Source: an uncultured Lachnospiraceae bacterium
GTDB lineage: Bacteria > Bacillota > Clostridia > Lachnospirales > Lachnospiraceae
Length of the DNA: 40,000 nucleotides
Direction: 5' to 3'
Assembly (NCBI GenBank): GCA_947053345.1
Contig: CAMRSM010000009.1
Coordinates: 27,732-67,731 of the forward strand
Shown here: in pieces, positions 1 through 8,563 of the stretch
Layout: each line of letters starts with the position of its first letter
Position numbering within the stretch: position 1 is the stretch's first letter
Position numbers and translations under genes: made by a program
The notes under the pieces: model-generated
Seen by the model: the letters and a program-made list of their open reading frames with translations, nothing else
What the model was told of the DNA's origin: nothing
The model's database searches: none

Positions 1-37
1 CATTTCTATTAAAATATTATAACCCGCTCTCCTTCCC

Positions 38-66
38 TTGCAGATTTCTCTCATTTATGCTATGAT
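38..66 (+). promoter_or_regulatory. sigmaA-type promoter candidate for the PLD-family gene
   Basis: TTGCAG (38-43), 17-nt spacer, TATGAT (61-66). Confidence 0.3.
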
Positions 67-156
67 TCACGAATAAACTTACGCATACGCGTTTTTTTCC
101 CGTCACCCCAACTCACCCGCCGGAACAGGACAACAAAAAGGATATGGAGGTTCACA

Positions 157-2274
157 ATGCCAGAAGAACGACCGGATGCAAGACAAGCGCATTCCACCCC
201 GACACAAAATAAAGCCGGCTGCCTTTTTATTTGCACGAACCTGTTCGCGCTCCTTTCCGCCGCCGTAAGCGCGTGGAATCTTGCACGGCAATACCCCCTG
301 ATGCGGGAATTCTTCCTCCTGTTCCTTTTCTCGGAAGCCGCCTCCCTCTGCCGTCCGCTCATTTTTCGGGTCAAATCCGGCACCCGTGGATATGCGGGAT
401 ATATACGCTGCTGCCTGACGGACTGGCTCACCGCCAAAGCGCAGAAAAAACTTTTGGCCACACGGGCATTTTTCCTTCTCGTGCTGATCTTCCTGCTCGC
501 TCTGCGCCCGGATTTTTTCAAAGCAAATATCATAATGCTGACCGGCATTGTAATAATTTTAGTACTGCTCGCCATGCGGGCAGCGGACACACTGCGGCAA
601 CGCTGCGGAAGGCGGCAGGATGACAGGGAATATGAAACGGCCGTTCAGGGGAAAGCCTGCCCACAGACAGAGCGCGGGGATGCATCATCGCATCTTACAC
701 AGGGTGTTTCCGCTTCCGCACAGACTAAACACTTGGAAACATCCCCGCAATCCGCGCCGCACACACCGGCACCCACACCAAAAAAGCGCATGAAAACCCT
801 CACAAAAATCGTGTCGGCCGCCGCCGCTTTCCTTCTCTATATTGTCCTGGGCGTACTTTTCTCCGGCTTTCCACAGCCGGAGATCAGCGACGGATACAAA
901 GAAAACTTTCATCCGGAATCCTTCTACGGCAGCGCCCCGCATTCCGGAACCGCCGCAGGCTCCGCGGAAGGAAACAGCACACAGGATGGTACCGCCCCAT
1001 CCGTCACGTGCAGCGACCGCGCCGTAATCCTTGAGGACAACAGCGAGGCGTTGATTGAGCGCGTGCGCATGATCCGGGGCGCAAAAGAGCGCATCATCCT
1101 CTCCACCTTCGATTTCCGCCCCGACATCAGCGGTAAAATCCTGCTCGCGGCGCTGCTTGATGCGGCAGAGCGCGGCGTTTCGATCAGGGTTGTCGTAGAC
1201 GGGGTCAGCGGGCTTTTGCGCATGGAACAAAATCCATACTTTTTTGCACTGTCCTCCCATGAAAATGCTGAGATCCGCATTTATAACCGCGTCAATCCGC
1301 TGATGCCCTGGCGGCTGATGGGGCGGCTGCACGATAAATATCTGGTTGCCGATGACACTGCGTACATCCTTGGCGGGCGCAATTCCTTCTCCTATTTCCT
1401 CGGCGAATGGCCGGGCCATAAAAATTACGACCGTGATGTTCTGGTCTACAACGCAGGCGGGGATACCGCAAGCTCGCTCTATCAGGTGGAAGCCTATTTT
1501 AATGAAGTCTGGAACCTCAAATATACCAGCACCTTCCACAACCGCGCGGACACCGCAGACCGCACCTGTGTTAAGCGGGCGGCCGCGGAACTAAAAGAAT
1601 TGTACGCGCAGTACCTTTCCGATTACCCTGCGGCAGAAACGGTACCGGATTATCTGACCATGACTTACCCGACGAAAAAGATCACGCTGCTCGCCAACCC
1701 GACTACGGCTTACGCCAAGGAACCGACCGTATTTTACGCGCTCACTGAACTAATGAAGCAGGCAAAGCACAGCGTCACCATCCACACGCCGTACATTATC
1801 GCGAACGGCCTGATGTACGACGCGTTTGCCCAGATCGCCGCCGCCGTGCCGGATGCCAGGATGATGACCAATTCCGTGGCAAATAACGGAAACCCGTTCG
1901 GCGCGGGGGATTACCGGGCAAATTTTGACAAAATCCGCGCCACGGGAATGCAGTTGCTTGAGTACGAGGGCGGTATTTCCTATCACGGGAAGAGCATCGT
2001 GATCGACGACGACCTCTCGATTGTCGGCTCGTTCAATATGGATATGCGCAGCGTCTACCTTGACACTGAACTGATGCTTGTGATCGACAGCAAGGAAGTC
2101 AACGCACAGCTCCGTTTCCTGCTTGCCCGCTACGAGGACGAATGCGCCATTGTACAGCCGGACGGAAGCCGCGTGTTCCCTACCGGCGTGGTTCCGCAGG
2201 AAGTTTCTTCAAAAAAAGAATTTAACATGAAAGTACTGTATAACCTGCTTCGATGGGCGAGAAGACTGCTGTAG
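157..2274 (+). CDS. Phospholipase D / cardiolipin synthase superfamily membrane protein (host gene)
   Basis: GGAGG RBS at 146-150. Several N-terminal hydrophobic segments. Two HKD motifs (HDKYLVADD and HGKSIVIDD). Confidence 0.85.
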   Translation: MPEERPDARQAHSTPTQNKAGCLFICTNLFALLSAAVSAWNLARQYPLMREFFLLFLFSEAASLCRPLIFRVKSGTRGYAGYIRCCLTDWLTAKAQKKLLATRAFFLLVLIFLLALRPDFFKANIIMLTGIVIILVLLAMRAADTLRQRCGRRQDDREYETAVQGKACPQTERGDASSHLTQGVSASAQTKHLETSPQSAPHTPAPTPKKRMKTLTKIVSAAAAFLLYIVLGVLFSGFPQPEISDGYKENFHPESFYGSAPHSGTAAGSAEGNSTQDGTAPSVTCSDRAVILEDNSEALIERVRMIRGAKERIILSTFDFRPDISGKILLAALLDAAERGVSIRVVVDGVSGLLRMEQNPYFFALSSHENAEIRIYNRVNPLMPWRLMGRLHDKYLVADDTAYILGGRNSFSYFLGEWPGHKNYDRDVLVYNAGGDTASSLYQVEAYFNEVWNLKYTSTFHNRADTADRTCVKRAAAELKELYAQYLSDYPAAETVPDYLTMTYPTKKITLLANPTTAYAKEPTVFYALTELMKQAKHSVTIHTPYIIANGLMYDAFAQIAAAVPDARMMTNSVANNGNPFGAGDYRANFDKIRATGMQLLEYEGGISYHGKSIVIDDDLSIVGSFNMDMRSVYLDTELMLVIDSKEVNAQLRFLLARYEDECAIVQPDGSRVFPTGVVPQEVSSKKEFNMKVLYNLLRWARRLL

Positions 2275-2423
2275 CAGACAAATAGACTCCGGCTGCCAAA
2301 ATCTATGGCCGCCTATGAAACACAGGAACAAAAGAATTTTAATGCGGCAGGATGGGATCCTTTGTGCATTGCTGCACATATTAACAAACAGTGCCATTTG
2401 TTAACCGGGCATGCCGGCAATAG

Positions 2424-2447
2424 TGGATGGGGCAGGACTCGAACCTG
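2424..2447 (-). other. tRNA 3'-end fragment (T-loop plus 3' acceptor strand), candidate prophage att core
   Basis: The minus strand reads CAGGTTCGAGTCCTGCCCCATCCA (GGTTCGAGTCC T-loop signature). No D arm, anticodon arm or complementary 5' acceptor lies upstream, so it is a fragment and not a gene. It sits exactly between the host gene and the phage lysis end. Confidence 0.5.
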
Positions 2448-2787
2448 TCATTTTAATAAGAAAAAATCCCGAAAATAGAGCATTCTCAAAATCCCATGAC
2501 GAGATTCATGACAAGTTTTTCTTTATGGTTATACAGGGATTTCCCGTCTTGCCAGTGCCCGCTTGGCGGATTTTAAGGCTGATCCAGCTCCGGCAGTCCG
2601 CCAAGCGACATAAAAAGCGACAATACCCCTGCAAGCCAAAATAAAAGCTCCAATACCCCACAACAATGATGCCGACAGCAACGCTTACAGACACTATAGT
2701 TACTGTTACCTTGATCTTCCAGCAGTTCCAGCATCCATCCAGCTCACATATTTTTTATACCCCTATCTGATTGTTGATTTTCTATTT

Positions 2788-3525
2788 TTACATCCCCTTT
2801 CCGAGCGCTTTGATCGTGCTCTGCCCGACACCCCAGACCTGATCCTCCTTTGTCCACCCCTTTCTCTTCCAGTATGCCGCAGCTGCGGCTGCCGTCTTAC
2901 TGCCATATATCCCATCCACATCAAGTGGCTTCCCCTTGATATAGCCCACGCTGATCTGGTGGTTCAGGGCGAGCTGCAGCCAGACGATAGAATACCGGCC
3001 GGTCTGCTTCCCCACCTTCGCCGGGCTGGGCGCGGGGAGTGCGGTCTTGGTATATTTAATCCTTGGGTGCTTATACCAATGCGTCCATGGCCTGCCCTTT
3101 AACGGCGTGATACAAACGCCATAGTTAAACCCGCGCGCTTCCACCACATAGCCGCCGCCGATGTACACCCCGGCATGCCCTTTGTACCTCACACACACGC
3201 CCGGAAGTTCCGGGATGGTACCAATCGCCCCCTTGGCTGTTGCGGCGTTATAAGCCGCGTCCGCCGTGGTATCATAGGCCACGCCGGACTGTTCCCGCAC
3301 GAACCATTCCACCAGCCCGTGGCAGTCCGTCACCTGCCGCCCGATGTACCCCTTCACGGCAGGCAGGCGGGCGGCCGTGAACCACCCGCCGGGGTTGCGC
3401 CTTACCAGGTCAGTGTACATGAACCGTGTAAAGGTGCGCCCGTTCGTCCCCATCACATAGGGTACGCCCACCTTGTTTATGCAGAAGCGCGCCAGTCCCG
3501 CGTTGTCCATCTTCCCTGCCATCAC
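2788..3525 (-). CDS. Endolysin: NlpC/P60-type peptidase domain plus C-terminal peptidoglycan-binding domain
   Basis: DCHGLVEW (Cys) and GHAGVYIGG (His) motifs. C-terminal LQLALN...VDGIYGSKT PG_binding_1-like segment. Overlaps the holin stop by 4 nt. Confidence 0.88.
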   Translation of the reverse strand: MMAGKMDNAGLARFCINKVGVPYVMGTNGRTFTRFMYTDLVRRNPGGWFTAARLPAVKGYIGRQVTDCHGLVEWFVREQSGVAYDTTADAAYNAATAKGAIGTIPELPGVCVRYKGHAGVYIGGGYVVEARGFNYGVCITPLKGRPWTHWYKHPRIKYTKTALPAPSPAKVGKQTGRYSIVWLQLALNHQISVGYIKGKPLDVDGIYGSKTAAAAAAYWKRKGWTKEDQVWGVGQSTIKALGKGM

Positions 3526-3845
3526 ACATCCCCCTCCCTGCGCCGCCCAAGCTGCGCGAGCGCCTGCACCACCTTGTCATAGCCGACCATCGCCGCGAGC
3601 CATGACAGGAATACAAGCGCGAGCACATACACCGCCGCCCCTGCACTGAACGCCGTCCCCGACAGCACAAGGTAACCGGCGGATACCGCCACCGCAAGCA
3701 CCACCGCCACAATGCCCGCGAGCAGGTTTGGCGGCGGGTTCTTGCCCAGCTCACGCAGGAGCTTCTTCACCGCCTCCGTCACCAGCCCCGTCAGCGTCGA
3801 GACAGCCAACAGCCCAAGCAGAAAATCCCCATAGTCCATCCTCAT
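3522..3845 (-). CDS. Holin (about 107 aa, multi-TM)
   Basis: Internal start MRMDYG behind a purine-rich RBS. Hydrophobic helices and a charged C-terminus. Lies directly upstream of the endolysin. Confidence 0.7.
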   Translation of the reverse strand: MRMDYGDFLLGLLAVSTLTGLVTEAVKKLLRELGKNPPPNLLAGIVAVVLAVAVSAGYLVLSGTAFSAGAAVYVLALVFLSWLAAMVGYDKVVQALAQLGRRREGDV

Positions 3846-4207
3846 CTTCCCCCTTCCCCATCCTGCACCGCGTCCCCCGCGGCGGCACACATCCTCCCGG
3901 CTGCCTCCTCCCACAGCCGGCCTTCAAGCCCATACCCGCCACCGGCATCCGGCGGCCCCGCGGACTGCGCCCGCTCCCATAGCCGGTCGCCAAGCTCGTA
4001 CCTGCGTTCCCTCTGCCGATCCTTCGTTGTCCGGATCCACCCCATGACACCGCACTCCCCGCCGCACGCGGCAAAGACACAGGTGCACAGCGTGTCCGGG
4101 ATGCCGCCCGTCGTCCGGTACAGCCACAGCATCGCCGCGACAAACACCAGCAGGAACACCGCCATCGTGGCGAGCACGGCATCCATCGTTTTAACCTTCC
4201 TTTCCAT
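3842..4207 (-). CDS. Membrane protein of the lysis cassette (N-terminal TM, Cys-rich juxtamembrane segment)
   Basis: GAGGGGG RBS 6 nt before ATG 4207. TM segment AVLATMAVFLLVFVAAMLWLY. Confidence 0.5.
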   Translation of the reverse strand: MERKVKTMDAVLATMAVFLLVFVAAMLWLYRTTGGIPDTLCTCVFAACGGECGVMGWIRTTKDRQRERRYELGDRLWERAQSAGPPDAGGGYGLEGRLWEEAAGRMCAAAGDAVQDGEGGR

Positions 4208-4217
4208 AAGTACCCCC

Positions 4218-4538
4218 TCAGTAAAGTGACTCGATCCCCTGCTCCGTCAGGAAATCCTTCTGCTCATGCTTGATCCGCCCCGCATACTCCAGCGCGTCGT
4301 GCATGTCCCCGTTGCAGTGCGCATCCGGGATCCGCTGCACCGCCCGCGCCGTCGCCTCGCCGAGCGCGATCGCGGCGTTCATCCCGTGGATCACGATGAC
4401 CTCGTTGCGCCTCCTCGCCTCGTCCTTCCGGTCCTGCTCCGCCTCACGCCTTGCGATCCGGCGCTCCAGCGCCCAGAAGCAGAAGCCCGTCAGTGCCGAC
4501 GGGATGCACATCGCCGCAACCAATGCTGGGATATCCAT
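4218..4538 (-). CDS. N-terminally membrane-anchored protein with charged coiled region (lysis-associated, function unknown)
   Basis: Internal start MDIPALVAAMCIPSALTGFCFWAL preceded by GGAAGGGGGTGG. The upstream part of the track ORF lacks coding character. Confidence 0.5.
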   Translation of the reverse strand: MDIPALVAAMCIPSALTGFCFWALERRIARREAEQDRKDEARRRNEVIVIHGMNAAIALGEATARAVQRIPDAHCNGDMHDALEYAGRIKHEQKDFLTEQGIESLY

Positions 4539-4717
4539 CTTTTTTCCACCCCCTTCCCTGCACGCAAAAGGAGCGCCAGAAATCTTGGCGCTCCTGCTTG
4601 CATTTTCTATTTGTTTGTGGTATAGTGGCATTAAGAAGGACACCGCCCACAAAGTGGTTAGCCTCCCTGATTGGCAATAAGCCTACCTGAATCGGCCAAG
4701 AAACAAGGTAGGCTTAT

Positions 4718-4816
4718 TTATTTTCGCTTGTTGTTCCTATCGTCCAGATAGGCAAGCAGCGCGATCAGGAAATTACCACCCAAAAACAACAGGGTTAAAA
4801 TCTGGTATGTATCCAT
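4718..4816 (-). CDS. 32-aa Hol-Tox-like (holin-like toxin / type I toxin-like) hydrophobic peptide
   Basis: My translation: MDTYQILTLLFLGGNFLIALLAYLDDRNNKRK. GGAGGTGGTG RBS. Below the 60-aa cutoff of the ORF track. Single TM with a basic tail, matching the Hol-Tox pattern. Confidence 0.55.
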   Translation of the reverse strand: MDTYQILTLLFLGGNFLIALLAYLDDRNNKRK

Positions 4817-4881
4817 CCGCACCACCTCCCTTCTTTTGTAAGTGAGGGAGGCTACCACCTTGTAACACGGTGTCCACCTAA

Positions 4882-4910
4882 ACTATAGCATATCTTGTCA
4901 GGTGCTGCAA
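4882..4910 (-). promoter_or_regulatory. Promoter of the Hol-Tox-like mini-gene
   Basis: Minus strand TTGCAG (4905-4910), 17-nt spacer, TATAGT (4882-4887). In the leader, CCTCCC (4846-4851 on the plus strand as GGGAGG) can pair with the SD (4825-4830). Confidence 0.45.
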
Positions 4911-4911
4911 C

Positions 4912-4933
4912 AAAAAAACAGCGGGGTTCCCGC
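4912..4933 (-). terminator. Intrinsic terminator after the glycosyltransferase gene
   Basis: Minus strand GCGGG-AAC-CCCGC followed by TGTTTTTTTG. Confidence 0.55.
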
Positions 4934-4939
4934 ACAACG

Positions 4940-6838
4940 TCACAGCAGCATTGCCTTCAGCCTCCCCTTCCATTCCTCCGGGAGGCCTTCCGCCATCTTC
5001 AGGTATTTCATCGCATACTGCCGGTTCTGGTAAAAGACCTCCCTCAGGACGTATTCCCCGGGGTTTTCCCTCTTAAAGTCATGGTCGTGCCGGTCAAGGA
5101 ATGCATAGAAGCTGTCCCGGTCAAACCCCCAGGTATCCTCCATGATAAGCAGAATCCCCATGAAATACTTCGCATTCGCCTTTTTGAAGTTCCTGCTGTT
5201 TTCCTCAAAGGATTTCAGCTGGTGGCACGCCCAATAGACCAGCTTTAAATGGTGTCCTGCCTTCACGCCCCTGTCGAGGTCAAGGTCATATGCCGCCAGG
5301 AATGCCCTGGCATACTCGCGGTAGAACTCCTCCTCATAGCACCTGCCGTTGTACGTCCGGTTGAACGCGCTCCCCTCCCTCCATATCCAGCGGTAGTAGA
5401 CCGGGGATTTTTCACAGGCACCCCCCTCACCGTAAAGCACCCGCGCCATGATGTTCGCCCTGCGGTTGAAATAGACATCCTCCGACGTGTCCAGCCCGTC
5501 AAGGAACCATATCCCATTTTCCTTCAGGAACCCCCTCCGGTACAGCGTCCCGTGGACGACCTCGATGCAGTGGTACGGGGCCTGCGGGTTATCCTTTGCC
5601 ATGTCCACGTTGATGGACTCGCCGGTTACCACACACAGGCCACTGCCATGCCCCCGGAATGCTTCGTCAACCAGTTCCGCGGTGATCTCATCGTCGTGGT
5701 CAAGGAACGTCACCCACTCCCCCTTTGCCATCCGCAGCGCACGGTTCCGGTTGCCGCCCATCCGAAGGATCCCCGCATTGTACAGGATCCGCATGCCGTC
5801 CCTGCGGGCATACTCGTAATCCGGCCGCGTGGACGCATCGTCCGTCAGGATGACCTCGACCTGCCCCGCCCTGCTGCCGACCGCATCGTACAGCGCATGG
5901 ATGGTTGCCGCGGTATATGCATGCGACTCCCGCAGCGGGATCAGGACAGAAAGCTTTATGGTATCAAACGCCCTGCGCCACTTCCCGTACAGGGCTTCCT
6001 CCCGCGGTCTTGGTTCTGCCCCCAAAAAGTTACAGTATCCCCCGTAATCCTCAATGCCTGTGAGGCGTTTCACGCAGTCAAAGAAGAGGTACCAGGTCTT
6101 ACCATCCCCCTCCTTTTCCGGGAGGTATTCCCTGTCATGTTTCAGCCTGGCAAGGCATTCTTCCGGGAAGACCTCGTAATATTGCCCCACCAGCTCCGTT
6201 ATCATTTCAATCCGCTCATGGTGTGTCGTCCCGAAAAAGTCCGCCACCTTCCTTGTCACGGAATCCGGGTTATACATGAGGTCGAACGATATTTCCGGGA
6301 TGTACCGGATCCCGCCCTGCCTTTTGGCATGATAAAACGCCACCATGTTGAAAAAGGAGTCCTCATAGATCCGGATCCCCGGGTGGAACCATATCCTGTT
6401 CCGCAGGAGGAACGCCCTCCGGTAGATTTTCCCGTGCACCATCCAGTCAAGGCTTTCCGGCAGGACCTCCTCCCCGGTGAAGGAAGCATCCGCCTGCCTC
6501 CCGGCACATGATATGATGTCCTCCGTGATTTCCGCGTCATGGTACAGCGGGTCGAAGATGTTTTTCCTTACAATGTCATCCGCGTCCAAAAAAAGTACCC
6601 ATTTCCCGGTGGCCTTCCCCAGGCCGCGGGTTCTGGCGACCCCCGCGCCACGGTTCGTCCTCCCCCTCACGATGGTAACCCCCCATCCCGCCGGGAAGGC
6701 ATATGGCCTGTCCGAGGCATCGTCCGAAACGATGACCTCCACGTTGTCATACCCCGTGGCAAGGACGGACTGTACCGCCGCGGATACCGTGCCGTGCGCA
6801 TTGTACGCCGGTATGATGACCGATACTTTTACATTCAT
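4940..6838 (-). CDS. Tandem two-domain family-2 (GT-A) glycosyltransferase
   Basis: Two GT2 N-termini (VSVIIPAYN...VSDDAS...DADD and LSVLIPLRE...LTDDAS...DHDD). 632 aa. Confidence 0.88.
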   Translation of the reverse strand: MNVKVSVIIPAYNAHGTVSAAVQSVLATGYDNVEVIVSDDASDRPYAFPAGWGVTIVRGRTNRGAGVARTRGLGKATGKWVLFLDADDIVRKNIFDPLYHDAEITEDIISCAGRQADASFTGEEVLPESLDWMVHGKIYRRAFLLRNRIWFHPGIRIYEDSFFNMVAFYHAKRQGGIRYIPEISFDLMYNPDSVTRKVADFFGTTHHERIEMITELVGQYYEVFPEECLARLKHDREYLPEKEGDGKTWYLFFDCVKRLTGIEDYGGYCNFLGAEPRPREEALYGKWRRAFDTIKLSVLIPLRESHAYTAATIHALYDAVGSRAGQVEVILTDDASTRPDYEYARRDGMRILYNAGILRMGGNRNRALRMAKGEWVTFLDHDDEITAELVDEAFRGHGSGLCVVTGESINVDMAKDNPQAPYHCIEVVHGTLYRRGFLKENGIWFLDGLDTSEDVYFNRRANIMARVLYGEGGACEKSPVYYRWIWREGSAFNRTYNGRCYEEEFYREYARAFLAAYDLDLDRGVKAGHHLKLVYWACHQLKSFEENSRNFKKANAKYFMGILLIMEDTWGFDRDSFYAFLDRHDHDFKRENPGEYVLREVFYQNRQYAMKYLKMAEGLPEEWKGRLKAMLL

Positions 6839-6850
6839 ATACTGCCCCCT

Positions 6851-7036
6851 TTAATACAGCTCGCCCTCCGTGTCGTCCGCCAGCAGGATCGCATCGACCT
6901 CCGCATCCCCCGTGAGGCCTGCGACTGCATGGTATTCCTCCTGTGTGATCTGCCCGGAAAGCACGAAGTTATATACATCCCCAAGGGAGTACAGGCCTTT
7001 GTCATAATACTTCACGACCAGTTCAAACATCCGCAT
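6851..7036 (-). CDS. XkdX-family small phage protein
   Basis: M(R)MFELVVKYYDKGLYSLGDVYNFVLSGQITQEEY matches the XkdX pattern. GGGAGGGAAGGGGG lies upstream. Only the last 61 codons of the track ORF 6851..7360 look coding. Confidence 0.7.
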   Translation of the reverse strand: MRMFELVVKYYDKGLYSLGDVYNFVLSGQITQEEYHAVAGLTGDAEVDAILLADDTEGELY

Positions 7037-7370
7037 CCCCCTTCCCTCCCTGTGTACCCAACAGCATTGCCATGATCCTTGCCTGTCCCAGGAGGATCTG
7101 CGCAAAAACCCCGTCGTTGTCCGGCAGGGCAGCCGGCATGCTTCCCCCCGTGCCAGCTGCCGTCCCCGCGTCCCCCTCCCCACCCACATAAAGGTCTTCC
7201 CTCGCCCCAATGATGGGCTCGTGGGGTTCCTTTGAGACATCGACCCCCGTGACATAAAACTTATTGGGGTCAATGTCAGCCTCCAAATAAGGGATTCCCG
7301 ATGGGGGATCATACGTCCCCGCAACCTGGTAGAGCACCCGACCGGATGTGTCATAAACAACCAATACCAT
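7023..7370 (-). CDS. Hypothetical tail-fibre-associated protein (XkdW position)
   Basis: ORF directly downstream of the tail fibre gene. Coherent composition. Confidence 0.5.
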   Translation of the reverse strand: MVLVVYDTSGRVLYQVAGTYDPPSGIPYLEADIDPNKFYVTGVDVSKEPHEPIIGAREDLYVGGEGDAGTAAGTGGSMPAALPDNDGVFAQILLGQARIMAMLLGTQGGKGDADV

Positions 7371-7384
7371 AATCTTCCCCTCCT

Positions 7385-8503
7385 TTAAAATGCGATGATC
7401 CTCGTGGTGTATTCACACATATTAGACGGATAATCATATGGTCCCATGCTATAATATGTATATTTTCCCACCCCGACGGATTTTGGCAGATAAGACAGTT
7501 CATTACGAGTTCTATAAAAATTTGTACCAATAAAAGAAGAATTTAAATCAACATTATTATTTAGTGGGAATGAGTTATTAAAAGTGGAAATGTTATTTGC
7601 ATTCCCAAGCAGAAAGAAAAAATTACCATTTTTTATTATTATAATATTTTCGTAATAAGTTATGCATTTTATATCCGAAGCCCCAGGGATTCCCTTCCTC
7701 ACGATGCTATCAACCACCTGTATGACAAGGACGTTGTAATCTGTTATCCCATAATCGGATAGGTTCACTTTTACCGGGGTCATGGAAGTTGTTGTGCCTG
7801 ATACCGTCACGTCCTTGCCACCGCCGCCAGTCCCCGTGCTGATTTTCCCGATATTGGCCGCGATCGCCGCGAATGTCGCGTCGGCTGCCGTCGTGACCCC
7901 CTTTGCAGTGACGGCGGCGGCAACCGATCTCTTGCCGTCACTGACAGATTTTTTTAGCCCTTCGACCTCACTGGAGGCTGCAAAATGCGCCGCATGGTAG
8001 CCGTCCAGGGTGTCCGCGTTCCCGCCGTCCCGTTGTGCCGCGATGGTCACCTTCTTCGCCGCATTGTCCGCCGCCAGCGTGATGTTTGCCCCCGCCTCCA
8101 GCACAAGCGCTGCCATCTTGCCGTTCGCCGTGACGGTGGCATCCCCGACCCTCACGTTGCTGTAGGCGTTCTGGTTTGCCTCCGCACCCGCTGCCACCCC
8201 GTCCAGTTTCTTCTTGTCCGCCGCAGCCATCAGCCCTGCCGCACCCTGCGTTGCCACGGCTGTCCCCGCCTTGGCATCCCAGCCCTGCTTTTCCTGCGTG
8301 CTCACATGGATATCCCCGTTGTCCCTGTGCCCCTCCAGTACCCGTGCGGTTCCCCGAGCCAGCGCCGCAAGGAATGCGTCATTGTTGACCAGCTGCCCGA
8401 ACAGCGCGTTGAACACATCCGCATGGTTTGGATCCGTCGTCTCCAACTTCCGCAGTGCCTGGTTATATTCCGGCGGGTCCTTTACCACAAAGTCTGCCAT
8501 CAC
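7385..8503 (-). CDS. Tail fibre protein with AT-rich C-terminal (receptor-binding?) module
   Basis: Fibre-like Ala/Gly/Thr-rich shaft with NADTLDGYHAAHFA motif. The last ~100 codons (7385-7700) are strongly AT-rich and Asn/Ile/Phe-rich. Confidence 0.8.
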   Translation of the reverse strand: MMADFVVKDPPEYNQALRKLETTDPNHADVFNALFGQLVNNDAFLAALARGTARVLEGHRDNGDIHVSTQEKQGWDAKAGTAVATQGAAGLMAAADKKKLDGVAAGAEANQNAYSNVRVGDATVTANGKMAALVLEAGANITLAADNAAKKVTIAAQRDGGNADTLDGYHAAHFAASSEVEGLKKSVSDGKRSVAAAVTAKGVTTAADATFAAIAANIGKISTGTGGGGKDVTVSGTTTSMTPVKVNLSDYGITDYNVLVIQVVDSIVRKGIPGASDIKCITYYENIIIIKNGNFFFLLGNANNISTFNNSFPLNNNVDLNSSFIGTNFYRTRNELSYLPKSVGVGKYTYYSMGPYDYPSNMCEYTTRIIAF

Positions 8504-8563
8504 CTTTCCTCCTTCCGCCGCCTGCGCGGCATTCCTTTTCCCCTTTGCATGTACCTGCCCGCA

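Noticed and set aside
60-590. 176-aa minus-strand ORF overlapping the start of the PLD-family gene
   Set aside because: Arg-rich antisense frame. The + strand ORF has an RBS, TM segments and HKD motifs.
2506-2694. 62-aa minus-strand ORF between the endolysin and the att fragment
   Set aside because: It has a GTG start without a Shine-Dalgarno sequence and contains an 11-bp perfect inverted repeat (2560-2607). It is more likely a non-coding att-arm or terminator region, although a small membrane protein cannot be excluded.
5249-6511. 420-aa + strand ORF (and 4895-5248, 6477-7075) opposite the glycosyltransferase gene
   Set aside because: Pro/Arg/His/Val-rich, low-complexity translation typical of the antisense frame of a GC-rich gene. 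No RBS was seen, and the minus-strand product has clear GT2 motifs.
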